Position numbers and translations under genes: made by a program | Shown: positions 49,561 to 62,847 of the stretch, piece by piece | Layout: each line of letters starts with the position of its first letter | How positions within the stretch are numbered: position 1 is the first letter of the stretch | Source of the DNA: Azolla caroliniana | Taxonomy: Eukaryota; Plantae; Polypodiophyta | Direction: 5' to 3' | DNA: 64,000 nt | Assembly: GCA_043228905.1 (NCBI GenBank) | Contig: JBHGNT010000013.1 | Location: 2,170,001 to 2,234,000 of the forward strand | The notes under the pieces: generated by a model | Told to the model about the DNA's origin: nothing | The model's database searches: none | What the model saw: the letters and a program-made list of their open reading frames with translations, nothing else

Positions 49561-50505
49561 TATGTAGAAGATTGAAAGAGATTAAAAAGAACTTGTGAAT
49601 CCCACAAGTATAGATTATGTCGTGAATCCCACAAATATAGTTTGTTAATTGGTGTTTTAGGAAATATATCCAATTTCCAAATAATCCACACACTTATTAC
49701 ATTGTGCTCCCCATCCTTATATGGTGATGAGAGAGTCTTCACAATCCATGCTTAAACTTTATGCTTTTCCTATCAATAGACTATATGCTTTATTTAACAT
49801 CCTTTTTCTAAAGTGATCATGCTTTTTCTAATTTCTGCGTTTTTTATTGACTATAGTGTTCATGCACGCTACAGGTGCATGTGTAGCTTTTTGTTTTATC
49901 ATGTGTTTTTGTAAAGTTTATCCTAGCGTGAACTTGCATTTTTATGTGGGACATCTCCTATTTAACACTAATGAAAAGCTAGCGAAATGGTAAGACATTA
50001 CGTTATTAACATGAAGGTGCAATGTTCGAATCTTGCCCTGTGTATGTAATGCTTAGTTTGATATTTTCTTCTTTTTTCTTCATATTTATTCAATCGGTTA
50101 TTTTATATTATTTTCATGTAGTGTACTAAATACACTACGACACTCGCCCCCTCCGAAACCACAAATCCTCCGGCATGTGCAGAAGTTGTCGGTGATTGTT
50201 AGCCTTCTCCGTCCGGTCTCCGCCTGGTTGGTTTCGTCACTAGTCGTTTTCGGTTGACGGCTCCATCTGTTCGCCGATTTTCAGTTACCTGCTCTACCCG
50301 GTTTCCGGTTACTGGCCCTCGTAAGTCTTCTTTACTTGTAGTACCCTCCGTTTCTCTTGCTATGCCCACTTTGTCTCTCCATTTCGAGCACAACCATTCT
50401 TTCCACCCAACTCATTTTCACCATCCGATCCACCATAGTCTTCGTTCACTCTTTGCATAGCCATGGTTGATTGTCGCAACTCCTCATGCTATTCTTGAGC
50501 ATAAC
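49561..50505 (-). mobile_element. Partial 3' LTR, PPT and internal region of the Trp-primed family
   Basis: Near-identical to ~25705-26654. Confidence 0.88.
49980..50032 (+). promoter_or_regulatory. tRNA-like Pol III A/B-box module in LTR U3
   Basis: TAGCGAAATGG (49980) and TGTTCGAATC (50023); spacing 43. Confidence 0.68.
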
Positions 50506-50950
50506 CACACAATACACTCATTGATGCTTGGTCACATTCCCTACAAAAATGATAGCTTTGTGAAGAGGATCTCATTATGCGGAACGATCGATGGCTTATC
50601 AACAAAGGATATGGCTTCCATCACACACTGAATATACACGGATGGACATTTAAAACTAATGTGACTCTTTCACCTAAATCTTGTTGGATATCCAATACTC
50701 ATGGACATGAGATTCTATCATATAATGGTCACATTAGCGACAAGGCATGAATGCTGTGATGAATAGATTTGGTGGTTATGGATAATGATGCCAACACAAT
50801 GGTGGTTGACTTTAGTATAGGAACATGAAATATTAAAGGTTTTTGCCTTTGTGAAATTTAAAAGCAAGGAAGGACCTACCGTTGTTGATAGTATTAAAAA
50901 AACCTTCAAGCATAATGAGGTGTATAAACCTCCACAAAATTGGCCAAACT

Positions 50951-51022
50951 GGGGCGTTGCGAGAATCGAACTCGCGGCCTCTCGCACCCAAAGCGAGAAT
51001 CATACCACTAGACCAAACGCCC
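50951..51022 (-). tRNA. tRNA-Pro(UGG), copy 3 (intact)
   Basis: Identical to 11087-11158. Confidence 0.95.
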
Positions 51023-53584
51023 ATTGATAATAATGTGATAATGATTTTATTTAATATTTATGCCTTTATACATCACTTTACTCTAAACTCCTTTCTACGT
51101 ATTAATTTCAAAAGAGCCCCTTTTCTACGTTCTACATTTATTGCATACATTGATAGAGATTTATATAAATCCTATTCATTACAACTTGATGAACAACCAA
51201 TAATACATCTAGGCTATGTAAGATTTAGTTTTGGCTGACTAAGGACCTTACGGTTTGGTAAGGTTATGTTTTACGCATTTTAAGACATACTAGAACCTTG
51301 CTAATGATTAGACAATGTAAGAAATAGTGAGTATTTCCTTCCGATTGAAATGTGCAAGAAAAGAATTTATTTGTCATTGCGTATTTAGGATTGATACACA
51401 AGATAAACCCAATCACTACTCTCCAAATAAAGATATTTGCTTGAAATTCTAGAACTTACACTATAGGATATTCCCCCACCCACGGTGAGTTTTGATTACA
51501 AGAAAGGACTTCTTGCCAATACCTTATCAATGATTAAGGGTATGTAGAGCATGGAACTTTACGGGGATTAGTTCTATTGAGTATTGACCTTTACACCACC
51601 CCCTAATTATAATACTCAATCAAATGTTGTAGAAGAATACACAAGAATTCTGATTGCAAACACATGTCTTGCTACAACGCAAATTGATAAACCATCAACC
51701 TCGATTGCTTGGTGATTAGTTTTCTCTCTACACCATCTTATTATCCTTTGATCACCTTGGATTGAATCACACAACCCGATGATAGATGGCAAATTTAGTC
51801 CATTATGCTCTCATCAACATGTTGTCAGTTTGTAACTAATTCCTCTCATCTAGGAGTCGATGCCCTTCCTTTTATAGGCCTAGTATGGGAAACTTCAATG
51901 TCTACTCCAATGTTCATTCTTGCTCATGATCTCCATTGGACTTGGACCAGTTGATGGAATCATGTGTGAAGTTTGGGTAGTGCTCGTAGGTGTCAAGGCT
52001 ACTACTGAAGCATATGTTTGATCCGTTCTTGGTTGTGACATTAGTTGACGTTCTGAACGTCGCTCGAATAAAAGATGGAAAGAGGAGGAAGAAGACAATG
52101 GTCACCACCACCACCATAATGGACTGAGCGCATATTGGAAGAGAAGAAGCAAACGAAAGAATGAAAGAAGAACAAAGCAGAACCACGAAAACAAAGAGGA
52201 GAGAAAGAAGAAGAACGAAAGGAACAAGAAGCTACGGTGTAATGGGTAATGTGTGTAATGTGTAACATGAAATGTTAATGTTTGAGTGTGAGGAAGAGTG
52301 TGTACACATGCACATTTGGCTATTTGTGTGCATGTGTACAAATGTGAGAGACAAGGGTAAGTAGATGTAACTACCCCCATTTGGCTTTTTGTACTATATA
52401 TAAACCCCCACCCATGGGGCATGAAAAGGAAAAATATAGTGAAGTTACCCCTGAACTTGTGCTTGTCTCGATTTTGCCTCTCATTCTCTATGTGTATCTC
52501 TTTCTCTCTCTCTATCCTCTCACATTCGAACCCATCAACAATATTCCTCCAACCATAGCGATAAAGTTCAAAGTTTGAGGACTCCCGTGGTTTTTCCCTT
52601 TCCGTGTTTTACACGTTAAATCTTGGCTCCACCCCCACCCATCAATTTATTCCTCCTACCATAGTGATCAAGTTCAGAGTTTGTGGACTCCCGTGGTTTT
52701 TCCCTTTTAGGTTTGTCTACGTTAAATTTTGTCTCTGGCTCCACCCCCCACCCATCAACAATATTCCTCCTACCATAGTGATAAAGTTAGGAGTTTGTGG
52801 ACTCCCGTGGTTTTTCCCTTTCCGGGTTTTCCACATTAAATCTTGTGTCTCTGTACTTGTGTTTTCTACCATTTCAATCTTTGCACATGAAATTGAGGAA
52901 AATGATAAGAGGATGGGGTGTTATCAAACAAGGTGTCGTGGCCCATGGTGCTAATTTCATGCTTGGAAAAAGCCCACAAATAAGACTTGCATTTGAGCTT
53001 TCCTTGTGTGGAAATATAGTCATAACTATATGCCAATATAAATATAGATGGAAGAAATACAAATGGGCTATTATCCTATCATTTAAAAGTCTATTATTGC
53101 ACCATATAATCCTTGACCAACATATCAAGAAAAACAGACCACACAATACACTCATTGATGCTTGGTCACATTCCCTACAAAAATGATAGCTTTGTGAAGA
53201 GGATCTCATTATGTGGAACGATCGATGGCTTATCAACAAAGGATATGGCTTCCATCACACACTGAATATACACGGATGGACATTTAAAACTAATGTGACT
53301 CTTTCACCTAAATCTTGTTGGATATCCAATACTCATGGACATGAGATTCTATCATATAATGGTCACATTAGCGACAAGGCATGAATGCTGTGATGAATAA
53401 ATTTGGTGGTTATGGATAATGATGCCAACACAATGGTGGTTGACTTTAGTATAGGAACATGAAATATTAAAGGTTTTTGCCTTTGTGAAATTTAAAAGCA
53501 ACGAAGGACCTACCGTTGTTGATAGTATTAAAAAAACCTTCAAGCATAATGAGGTGTATAAACCTCCACAAAATTGGCCAAACT

Positions 53585-53656
53585 GGGGCGTTGTGAGAAT
53601 CAAACTCGCGGCCTCTCGCACCCAAAGCAAGAATCATACCACTAGACCAAACGCCC
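53585..53656 (-). pseudogene. tRNA-Pro(UGG) copy 4, probably non-functional
   Basis: Three transitions: B-box TTC>TTT, a T-stem mismatch, and an anticodon-stem C>T. Confidence 0.85.
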
Positions 53657-55470
53657 ATTGATGATAATGTGATAATGATTTTGTTTAATATTTATGTCTT
53701 TATACATCACTTTACTCTAAACTCCTTTCTACGTATTAATTTCAAAAGAGCCCCTTTTCTACGTTCTACATTTATTGCATCCATTGATAGAGATTTATAT
53801 AAATCCTATTCATTACAGCTTGATGAACAACCAATAATACATCTAGGCTATTTAAGATTTAGTTTTGGCTGAGTAAGGACCTTACGGTTTGGTAAGGTTA
53901 TGTTTTACGCATTTTAAGACATACTAGAACCTTGCTAATGATTAGACAATGTAAGAAATAGTGAGTATTTCCTTCCGATTGAAATGTGCAAGAAAAGAAT
54001 TTATTTGTCATTGCGTATTTAGGATTGATACACAAGATAAACCCAATCACTACTCTCCAAATAAAGATATTTGCTTGAAATTCTAGAACTTACACTATAG
54101 GATATTCCCCCACCCACGGTGAGTTTTGATTACATGCCAAATTTCATTCAACCTTGAAGTGATCCCATGGAGTAACAATGCCAAATAAATCCTAGCGGTT
54201 ACTTGAAATTTTGAGCTCTTCCTTGTAAACACCAATCTAAGCACTATTGCTCTTCTATCCACATATTTAAGTGGCCCTACCTTAATGATAGAGTTTGCAA
54301 CTTCAATCAATTAAACGTACATGTTGGTGTAATGCACAGTAAACATATTGCATCATGTAACTAGGAGTTACGTTTCACTTTACGAGATGGGAATACCCAC
54401 TTGGATAAAGAAAGGACTTCTTGCCAATACCTTATCAATGATTAAGGGTATGTAGAGCATGGAACTTTACGGGGATTAGTTCTATTGAGTATTGACCTTT
54501 ACACCACCCCTTAATTATAATACTCAATCAAATGTTGTAGAAGAATACACAAGAATTCTGATTGCAAACACATGTCTTGCTACAACGAAAATTGATAAAC
54601 CATCAACCTCGCTTGCTTGGTGATTAGTTTTCTCTCTACAACATCTTATTATCCTTTGACTACCTTGGATTGAATCACACAACCCGATGATAGATGGCAA
54701 ATTTAGTCCATTATGCTCTCATCAACATGTTGTCAGTTTGTAACTAATTCCTCTCATCTAGGAGTCGATGCCCTTCCTTATATAGGCCTAGTATGAGAAA
54801 CTTCAATGTCTACTCCAACGTTCATTCTTGCTCCAACCACAACTTTTACTCCAAGAGTTGGCTCTGTCCCGCTTCGGTTACAACATCCAATTTGTTAGCT
54901 AACTCTATCTTTCATCACACTAGTTCGGCCATGACATTTATTACTCTAGTGACGAAGAGTGCATATGTGTCTATCCTTGATTCCAGGAGGGTCGATGTGT
55001 ACACGTGTTATTGACCACTCCCTATAATCATCCTACTTTTATTACGAGTGTAGTTACGTCATACTGAGTTGTTGTGGGTTAATTCACGTTAGAAAGAGGG
55101 AGAGGATTGAAGACATTCAACTCTACGACACTCTCTTTCTAACCTTCTCTTGAATTATTATTTTCATCTTTTACTTATATAGAATAAAACTTCGGTTAAA
55201 CGTGCCATTCAATTAAACGTGCTTTTTTTTGAAGGCCAAAATCTAGATAAAAAAATAGCATTGTTTCATTAAAAAATTACTTCAATCCAAATCAAAACTA
55301 TATTCCAAACATTCAATTTAATACAGTCATTCTTCTCTTATCATTTCATTCCTCTCTTCTTGTGATCTCGTTATATCTTTCTTCTATCACTCTGTCTTCT
55401 ATCTTGGTTCTGACCGTTTGATTCGAATTCCTCTCTCTCCTTTATCCTCCTCTATAAACATCACGAAACC

Positions 55471-56177
55471 ATGGCTGGCATTAACTCAAAAGAATATCTC
55501 ACCCTTGTTGTTGAAATGGAGAAACTTAAATCCAAGTTCGCATCTCCTGAATTAGAGAATCAACGTCTTCTTGGAGATCTACAAAAGGTTACTGTGGAGA
55601 AGCAACAACAACAAGAGGAGTTTACGCGACGGGTGCAAGAACTAGAGACAACAATCATAATTTTACAACAACAAAGGGGCGGAGGTCAAGGAATTATCAA
55701 GGAGCCCAAAATCAGCCTTCCCGTTAAATTTGATGGTTCGAGGGCGCATTTCCGAGGTTTCTTGAATCAAGTGCGGTTCGTAATTCAAATGCATCCCACG
55801 TGTTATCCGATAGATGCATCTCGAGTTGGGTTAGTGGGAACCTTATTGACTGGCATAGCGTTGTTGTGGTTTGCTCCATTATTAGAAACAAATTCTCTTC
55901 TACTCCATAATTTCGAAGAATTTGTCAAAGAATTTAAGGCTTGCTTTGGAGATACGGATGGGGCAAGAACCACGATCAACAAGATTTGTACACTACGTCA
56001 AGGTGATCAGCCAACATCAACATATGCAACCAATTTTTGGCTCATCGCGAGCGATATTTCTTGGGACGAACAAGCCCTAATTGAGCAGTTTCGTTCCGGT
56101 GTTCTTAGCAATGTAAATGAATGACTTCTTACATTCCCCGAGGATCCACAATATCTTACTAAAGCTATTAGTCGAGC
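55471..56177 (+). pseudogene. Family H gag duplicate
   Basis: Near-identical to 12973-13682, with the same premature stop. Confidence 0.9.
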
Positions 56178-59100
56178 AATCGGATCGGATGATAGGAAGT
56201 AAATAATAGTAGAATTATTATTCGGAGGGACGGATTCGGTACAGTTGTACCGATCCGGATCCGAACCGATTCGGATGTCGGTTGCCTAAGCGCACCGATT
56301 GTAACCTTGCCGGATGCCTATAAAAGGATCCGATGATTTGTAAAGTGTTGGGACGGTAGTAATACAATAGTATTTAATGTGTATTTATCTGTATCTCGTA
56401 TTGTTTACCGTTTGTGCTTAATTGTAATCATCTTATGCGTGTAACCTAGCATCCAATCCTTACCACCCCTTTGGAGAAGTGTCGGATAGACACCTGTGTT
56501 GAGGCTAGTCCGGCCAGACAGACAACACTATTTTGGCGACCACGATTCCTGCAAAGTGCAGAGGACAACCGGGGGATGGATGTCTAGACCAAACGACGAC
56601 CACATCACCGAACGAGGGAGACGATACACCGAACGCGAGCAACGACGGGAAGCCCTGCAGCAAGCCGTCGACGAGATCCGGTGGGATCGGTCATTCTCCA
56701 AAACTCTTCGGAGAGTCGCAGAAGAAGCACTGCAGTTCCGGGTTCTGCAAATCCCCGACGAAGGCAGTAGCATAACAAGCCTGCAAGAGGCGGAAACGAT
56801 ACTGCAGACGCTCGCCGCGGGCGACGGGGACTCGGAAGCATTCGCAACACTTGAGGCGGAGTCGGAAAGCGACGGAAGCGTTGCATCCCGGTATAGAAGC
56901 AGCCACGACACACCAAACGACCGGGAGGACGAGGGGTCGGAAGACTCAGTAACACCGGCGCCAGAGGAAGAAATAACCCTGGAATTCGGTGACCGGCAAC
57001 CACCGAGGAAGGCTGACCGGATACCGACAACAACCGCGAGGGAACCGAAGGAGCGGATACCGACAACACCCGCGGAGGAACCAATGGACCGGACACCGGC
57101 AACACCCGCGGGGGACTGGCGAACGATCTAAAATCGCCGAATTCGGCATAACCTTAGAAGGACTGGCGGCCCAATGGCACGCAAAGCACTTACCAGGCAC
57201 CTTTGCCACATTCGATGCCTTGAAAGCCAGATTCCTCAGGTTTTTTCACAGACAATTTGAGCAAAGGGAATTGGTCGGGCAGTTCTACACCACCCGGCAG
57301 GAAGAGAACGAGACTATGCCACAATTCATCATTCGGTTCCAGACCCTGCACAACCTACTGACAAGAGCACCACCCGAAGACGAAGCCAAAGTAGTCTTTC
57401 TGGCCGCACTGAAAGAGCCACTTCGAACAATGTGCGGAGTCCTTGATTTCCAAACCAGCACAATGGACCAAGTTATTGATCGGGTTTTAGAAATGGACAA
57501 GACTAGCCCCTTCTTGTCGATGGGGATGTTACACCGGGCACTCCCAAAGGAGGAAGACTTGAGGTTCCGACAGGCCTTACAATGCACAACATGCCTAAAT
57601 TCGGGGCACTCAACAGTGGACTGCACCCTGCGGACACAATGTGTGATCTGCAACTCTCGAGCCCATACAACGGACCGATGCGAATATAACCTGTTAAATC
57701 GGCAGGCAGCACCGGTTCGACACATAGAACCGCGCAATTAGAACCTGGACGAGGATCGATTCCGGAGAGACGACCGCTACCAACGCGAACGCGGTAACAG
57801 ATACGCTGATAGAAGACGCGACAACTATGATCGAGAGGAGAGACGCAGAGATAGCTACCCCCGGGACCGGTACGACAGAGACGAATCCCCGGAAGACGAC
57901 CGACGCAGAGAAGAGAGGCGACAAGGATACGCTGACACAAGACGCGACAACTATAACCGAGAGGAGAGACGCAAAGATAGCTACCCCCGGGACCGGTACG
58001 ACCGAGACGAAGCCCCGGAATACAACCGACGCAGAGAAGAGAGGCGACAAGGGAACCGAAATTTCCGACGGAATCAGAAGCGTGGATTTTTCCGAAGAGA
58101 GGAACGTCGGGAGGCAGCAAGGAATGACAACCCGGTATCGGTACCGGATAACCGAAAAACCGAAGACGACCGCCGGAGCATACCCACCCTCCAAACCGGG
58201 GACAAAGCAGAAACGAGCAACAGTCACAAGGTGTACTGTTATTACTGCCGGAAGGAAGGCTACTATAGTAACCAATGCCCAAGCAAAAGCTATGACAAGC
58301 AGCCGGAAGTCAACATGGTTACAGCCGAAATAACAGAAGTACAACAGGTCACAACCCGGTCAAAGGAAAAGACCGCCGAGTGGGAAGCCCAGGAGGCAAT
58401 CAGAAAACAAGCGACACAATGGATCAAGGAGGCCAATGAACAGAATGCGGCAGAAGTAAGAGACCAAAATATGCCAAAAGAAAAAGAAATCATACAGCCA
58501 GGAGAAAACCCGACGTGGCAAGCGCTACAGGACTGTCAAATCGTGCTTCCGTTAGCACGACTACTACAGTTAGTGCCACGATTTACGGCAGACCTACAGG
58601 CATCTGTCAGCAAACCGAAGCCGACGCCAGCACCGGCATTCTTCTCCAACCCGGAGGAAGGACCAGCGGTGGTCGATACAAGTAGCCCGACGATCACGGC
58701 AATCGTGAAAGGAAAGGAAATTGCTGGAACGATTATTGACGGAGGCTCCGGGGTAAATGTCATCAGCCAACAGACATGCAACGACCTGGGCATCCGGGAA
58801 TGGGAACCATGCCCCTTCTGGTTACGCATGGCGGATACTAGCTCAGTCCGATCGACCGGGCTTATCCGGGACTTGGAAATAACGATCGGAGGCCACGTAT
58901 TCCGGATATTGGCCGTGGTGCTGCAGTTGAATGTACAAGGCGCGTACCCCCTACTGCTAGGACGACCATGGCTGCGAACGACGCATATCAAGCAGAACTG
59001 GCAAAAGAACTTGATCACATTCCGGCGAGGGAAAACAAAGGTACGAGTAACGACGCAACCACGGGTGAACACCAGTAAGGAAGCAACTCCATTGTATGCG

Positions 59101-62100
59101 GAAAGCATTAACATGTTGGAGGGATTACCGGACGAGGAAGTCGAGCGGTACCTCGAGGAACACCCACAAATCGTCCCACTATTTGAGGTGGATATCACGA
59201 CGGCAGTAGAACCGTACATTACGACCCCGGAAGAACCGGACCAAGCGGCGATCCGGGAACTGCGACAAGCGCAGGAATCCCTAGAGAGGGAAATGACGAT
59301 ATCCCAGAGGGTAAAAGCATCCCAACTAGAGGAGGTGGACCTCGGCACAGCAGACAAGCCCCGACCGGTAAATGTTGCAAAGGAATTGCCGAAGGAAGAA
59401 AAGAAGGCAATGGTAGCATTGTTAACAGACTTCAAGGATGTGTTTGCGTGGTCGTACGAAGACATGCGAGGGTTGGACCCCCAGCTCTATCAGCACCAAA
59501 TTCACCTAAGTACGGACGCGAAACCAATTGCTCAACGCAAGTACCGGATGAATCCGAATTATGCGGCAAAGGTGAAGGAGGAAATTGATAAGCTCCTCCG
59601 GGTCGGATTTATCCGACCGGTCAAGCAGGCAACCTGGCTAAGTCCGATAGTGGTGGTCCCAAAAAAGAACGGCAAAATCCGGGTATGCGTGGACTACCGA
59701 AAACTAAATGCCGCAATAGTGACCGATGCGTTTCCACTACCATTTACGGACGGGGTGTTAGATGCAGTAGCCGGGCACGAAGTTTACAGCTTCCTGGATG
59801 GATTTAGCGGCTACAACCAAATACGAATGAACCCGGCCGACCAAGAGAAGACAGCGTTCGTGACGGAATGGGGAGTGTTCGTCGCGGTCGTGATGATGTT
59901 CGGACTAAAGACGGCTCCAGCGACCTTTCAAAGGATAATAATGGAAATTTTCGGGGAATATATCCCCGGTTTTATGCAGGTCTTCCTTGACGATTTCGCG
60001 GTCTACAGCCGGCACGGAGAGCATCTCGATCACCTCCGGCTGTGCTTGGAGAAGTGCCGCGAGTACCGATTGAGCCTGAATCCGGCCAAATGCATCTTTG
60101 GAGTGGCAAGCGGCAACTTGCTAGGGCACGTGGTGAGTAAGGAAGGAATCGCGGTAGATCCGGATAAAGTCAAGGCGATTCTCGATGCACCAGCACCAAG
60201 TAGCGCAAAGGCTTTAAGCCGATTCCTGGGCCAAATAAGGTGGCATAGTCGGATGATACGGCACCTCGCGGACTTCGCTACACCGTTACATACCGCCGTA
60301 CATAGTGTACCCTTCCTATGGGCAGAGACGGAGGAGGAATCCTACAAAGCGTTGAAGGTTATGCTGTCGCAAGCTCCGGTGGTGCAACCGCCGGATTGGA
60401 GTAAAAGCTTTCACGTCTTCGTCGACGCGTCGGACGTAGCAATCGGCAGCGTTCTGATGCAACTCACAGAGCCGAAATGGTACCGACCGGTGTACTACGC
60501 AGGCCGGAAACTCTCAAAAGCCGAACGGAATTACTCTACGACGGAACGCGAGGCATTGGGAATGGTGTATAGTGTCACAAAGTACAGGCACTATCTGCTC
60601 GGAAGGAAGTTTTCCTTTCATGTTGACCATTCGGCACTACTCTACCTGGTCTCGAAGGCATCCCTGACGGGAAAAATTGCACGGTGGACACTGCTACTAC
60701 AGGAATTTGAATTCGACATTTTCCACTGACCCGGGGCGCAGCATGCGGTAGCGGACTATCTAAGCAGACTCGAATCCGGAGAAGCAGGGGACGGCGTCCA
60801 GGATGAGTTTCCCGACGCCGAATTGCTCCGGATCACGACGAAACCGGCAACGGATACAACGGTAGCCGATGAAGACACATGGCTAACTGAGATGCATCAG
60901 TTCCTGAGCACCGGAGTTCCCCCGGAGAACATGGACTGCAATGAAAGGAAAAGGGTAGCAGTAAGAAGTAGACATTTCTGTTTGGTTGGAGACACCCTCT
61001 ATCACAAGGGGGCAGATGGCATCCGGAGACGAGCAGTGCGGAGTGATGAGAAGGATCTAATCCTCAGGGAAGCCCACTGTGGAATTGCCGGCGGGCATTA
61101 TGCCGGCGACGCAACTGCTCGGAAAATATGGCAGAGCGGACTGTGGTGGCCGACCACCCTAAAAGATGCCGTGAAGAATAGCAGAGAATGCGATTTGTGT
61201 CAATGACTGGGCCAACCCACAGAGCAGGCCCGGATGCCACACCACCCGGTCTTGCCCTTAGAACCGTTTCAAAAGTGGGGGTTGGACTTTGTCGGTCCCT
61301 TCAAACCACCGGCAATGCGAACCGGAAATCGGTATGTCATAGTGGCGACCGACTATTGCACCAAATGGGTAGAAGCAAAGGGCTTACGGGACAACACGGC
61401 CGCGTCCACGGCAAAGTTTCTGTACGAATGCATATGGTGCCGGTATGGATGCCCGATCGAGCTTATAAGTGACCAAGGAGGACATTTTCTTGGGCAGGTA
61501 GTAGAAAGCCTGACGTCATTTTACGCGGTGGTACATAAAAAGAGTACACCCTACTACCCTCAAGCCAATGGACTAGCGGAATCAACGAACAAAACTCTGC
61601 AGAACATCCTACGGAAATTCGTCAACGAGAACCGGATCGATTGGGATACGAAATTGCAAAGCGCGCTATGGGCGTACCGAACAACGTACAAAACCAGCAT
61701 CCGGACAACCCCGTTCCGACTAGCATTCGGGTTAGAAGCGGTCATGCCGGTAGAGTTCCAGATCCCCAGGTTACGGATTCAGGTGAAGGAGCGCTTAAGT
61801 GAGAACGAGTCCGAACGAATCCGGCTGGCAACGCTGTTGGAATTAGAGGAAAACCGAATAGCCAGCTTACTACAACTCGAACTGGAGCAAAGGAGGAGAA
61901 AAGCCTTCGTGGACCAACACCGGCGTGGCAATGAAAAGGAGTTCGAAGTTGGGAAACCGGTGCTACTATTCCAGACACGGATGGGGAACATGCCAGGAAA
62001 GTTGCGGTTTCGATGGACCGGACCGTTCTGGATCACCAAGGAGTACAATGGGTCGTATCATCTCGGCACGTTGTCTGGAGATGTCATCGGCAAGTGGGCA

Positions 62101-62392
62101 AATGGATTTCGGCTAAAGCCGTATAAGGGAAATATGCCAGCCAACCCGTTCAAGCGAAACCCGGAAACCCGGCAAGATGAGGAACCGACACCGACAGACG
62201 CTGCTGAAGATATTCGGACCGAGGAAGAACCGACACCGACAGACGCTACTGAAGATATTCGGACCGAGGAAGAACCGACACCGATACTGACGAAGACTAT
62301 CCCAGAAAACCGACAGAAGGATCCGGTATCCACACGAACCGACCCGAACAAATCGGGGGGGACCAACAAATGACGTGGTCCAAGCAAAAGGA

Positions 62393-62471
62393 AAAAAATA
62401 AAAAATAAAATAAAATAAAAATAAAAAAATAAAATAAAATAAAATAAAATAAAATAAAATAAAATAAAAAA
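62393..62471. repeat. (AAAAT)n microsatellite
   Basis: Directly visible just downstream of the pol stop. Confidence 0.95.
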
Positions 62472-62847
62472 TGACGTGGGCAAAATCGACGCGAATCATC
62501 GTAATGATGGGGAGATCACAAGAGGTGGGAGCGCCACCATGCAACGAAGAGGCGCCATGCATTAAAGAAGGACGTGCGCGGACTTGCTATTTAAAGCATG
62601 GAACGTGGGCACTCACACGCGGCAAACAAGAAAGGACATACTAATTATGGCGGGAAAGGAACATGCGCGGGAAACGAAAAAGGGCGGCTCGAGGCACAAC
62701 CCACTATATAAGACACAGGCCTGCGAAGGGCTCACTTTTTACGAATTTTCCTACATACAGGCGCAGAAGCACAGAAGAGCGACCTGACACACAGAGCACA
62801 CACAGCGCGATCCCGAACAACAGGCAGCAGACGAAGAATTCGGAACA

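Larger units (their letters stand above)
52071..62352 (+). repeat. Segmental duplicate of ~7727-20054
   Basis: Colinear near-identical LTR remnant, tRNA locus, family H gag and non-chromoviral Gypsy, with copy-specific deletions. Confidence 0.95.
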
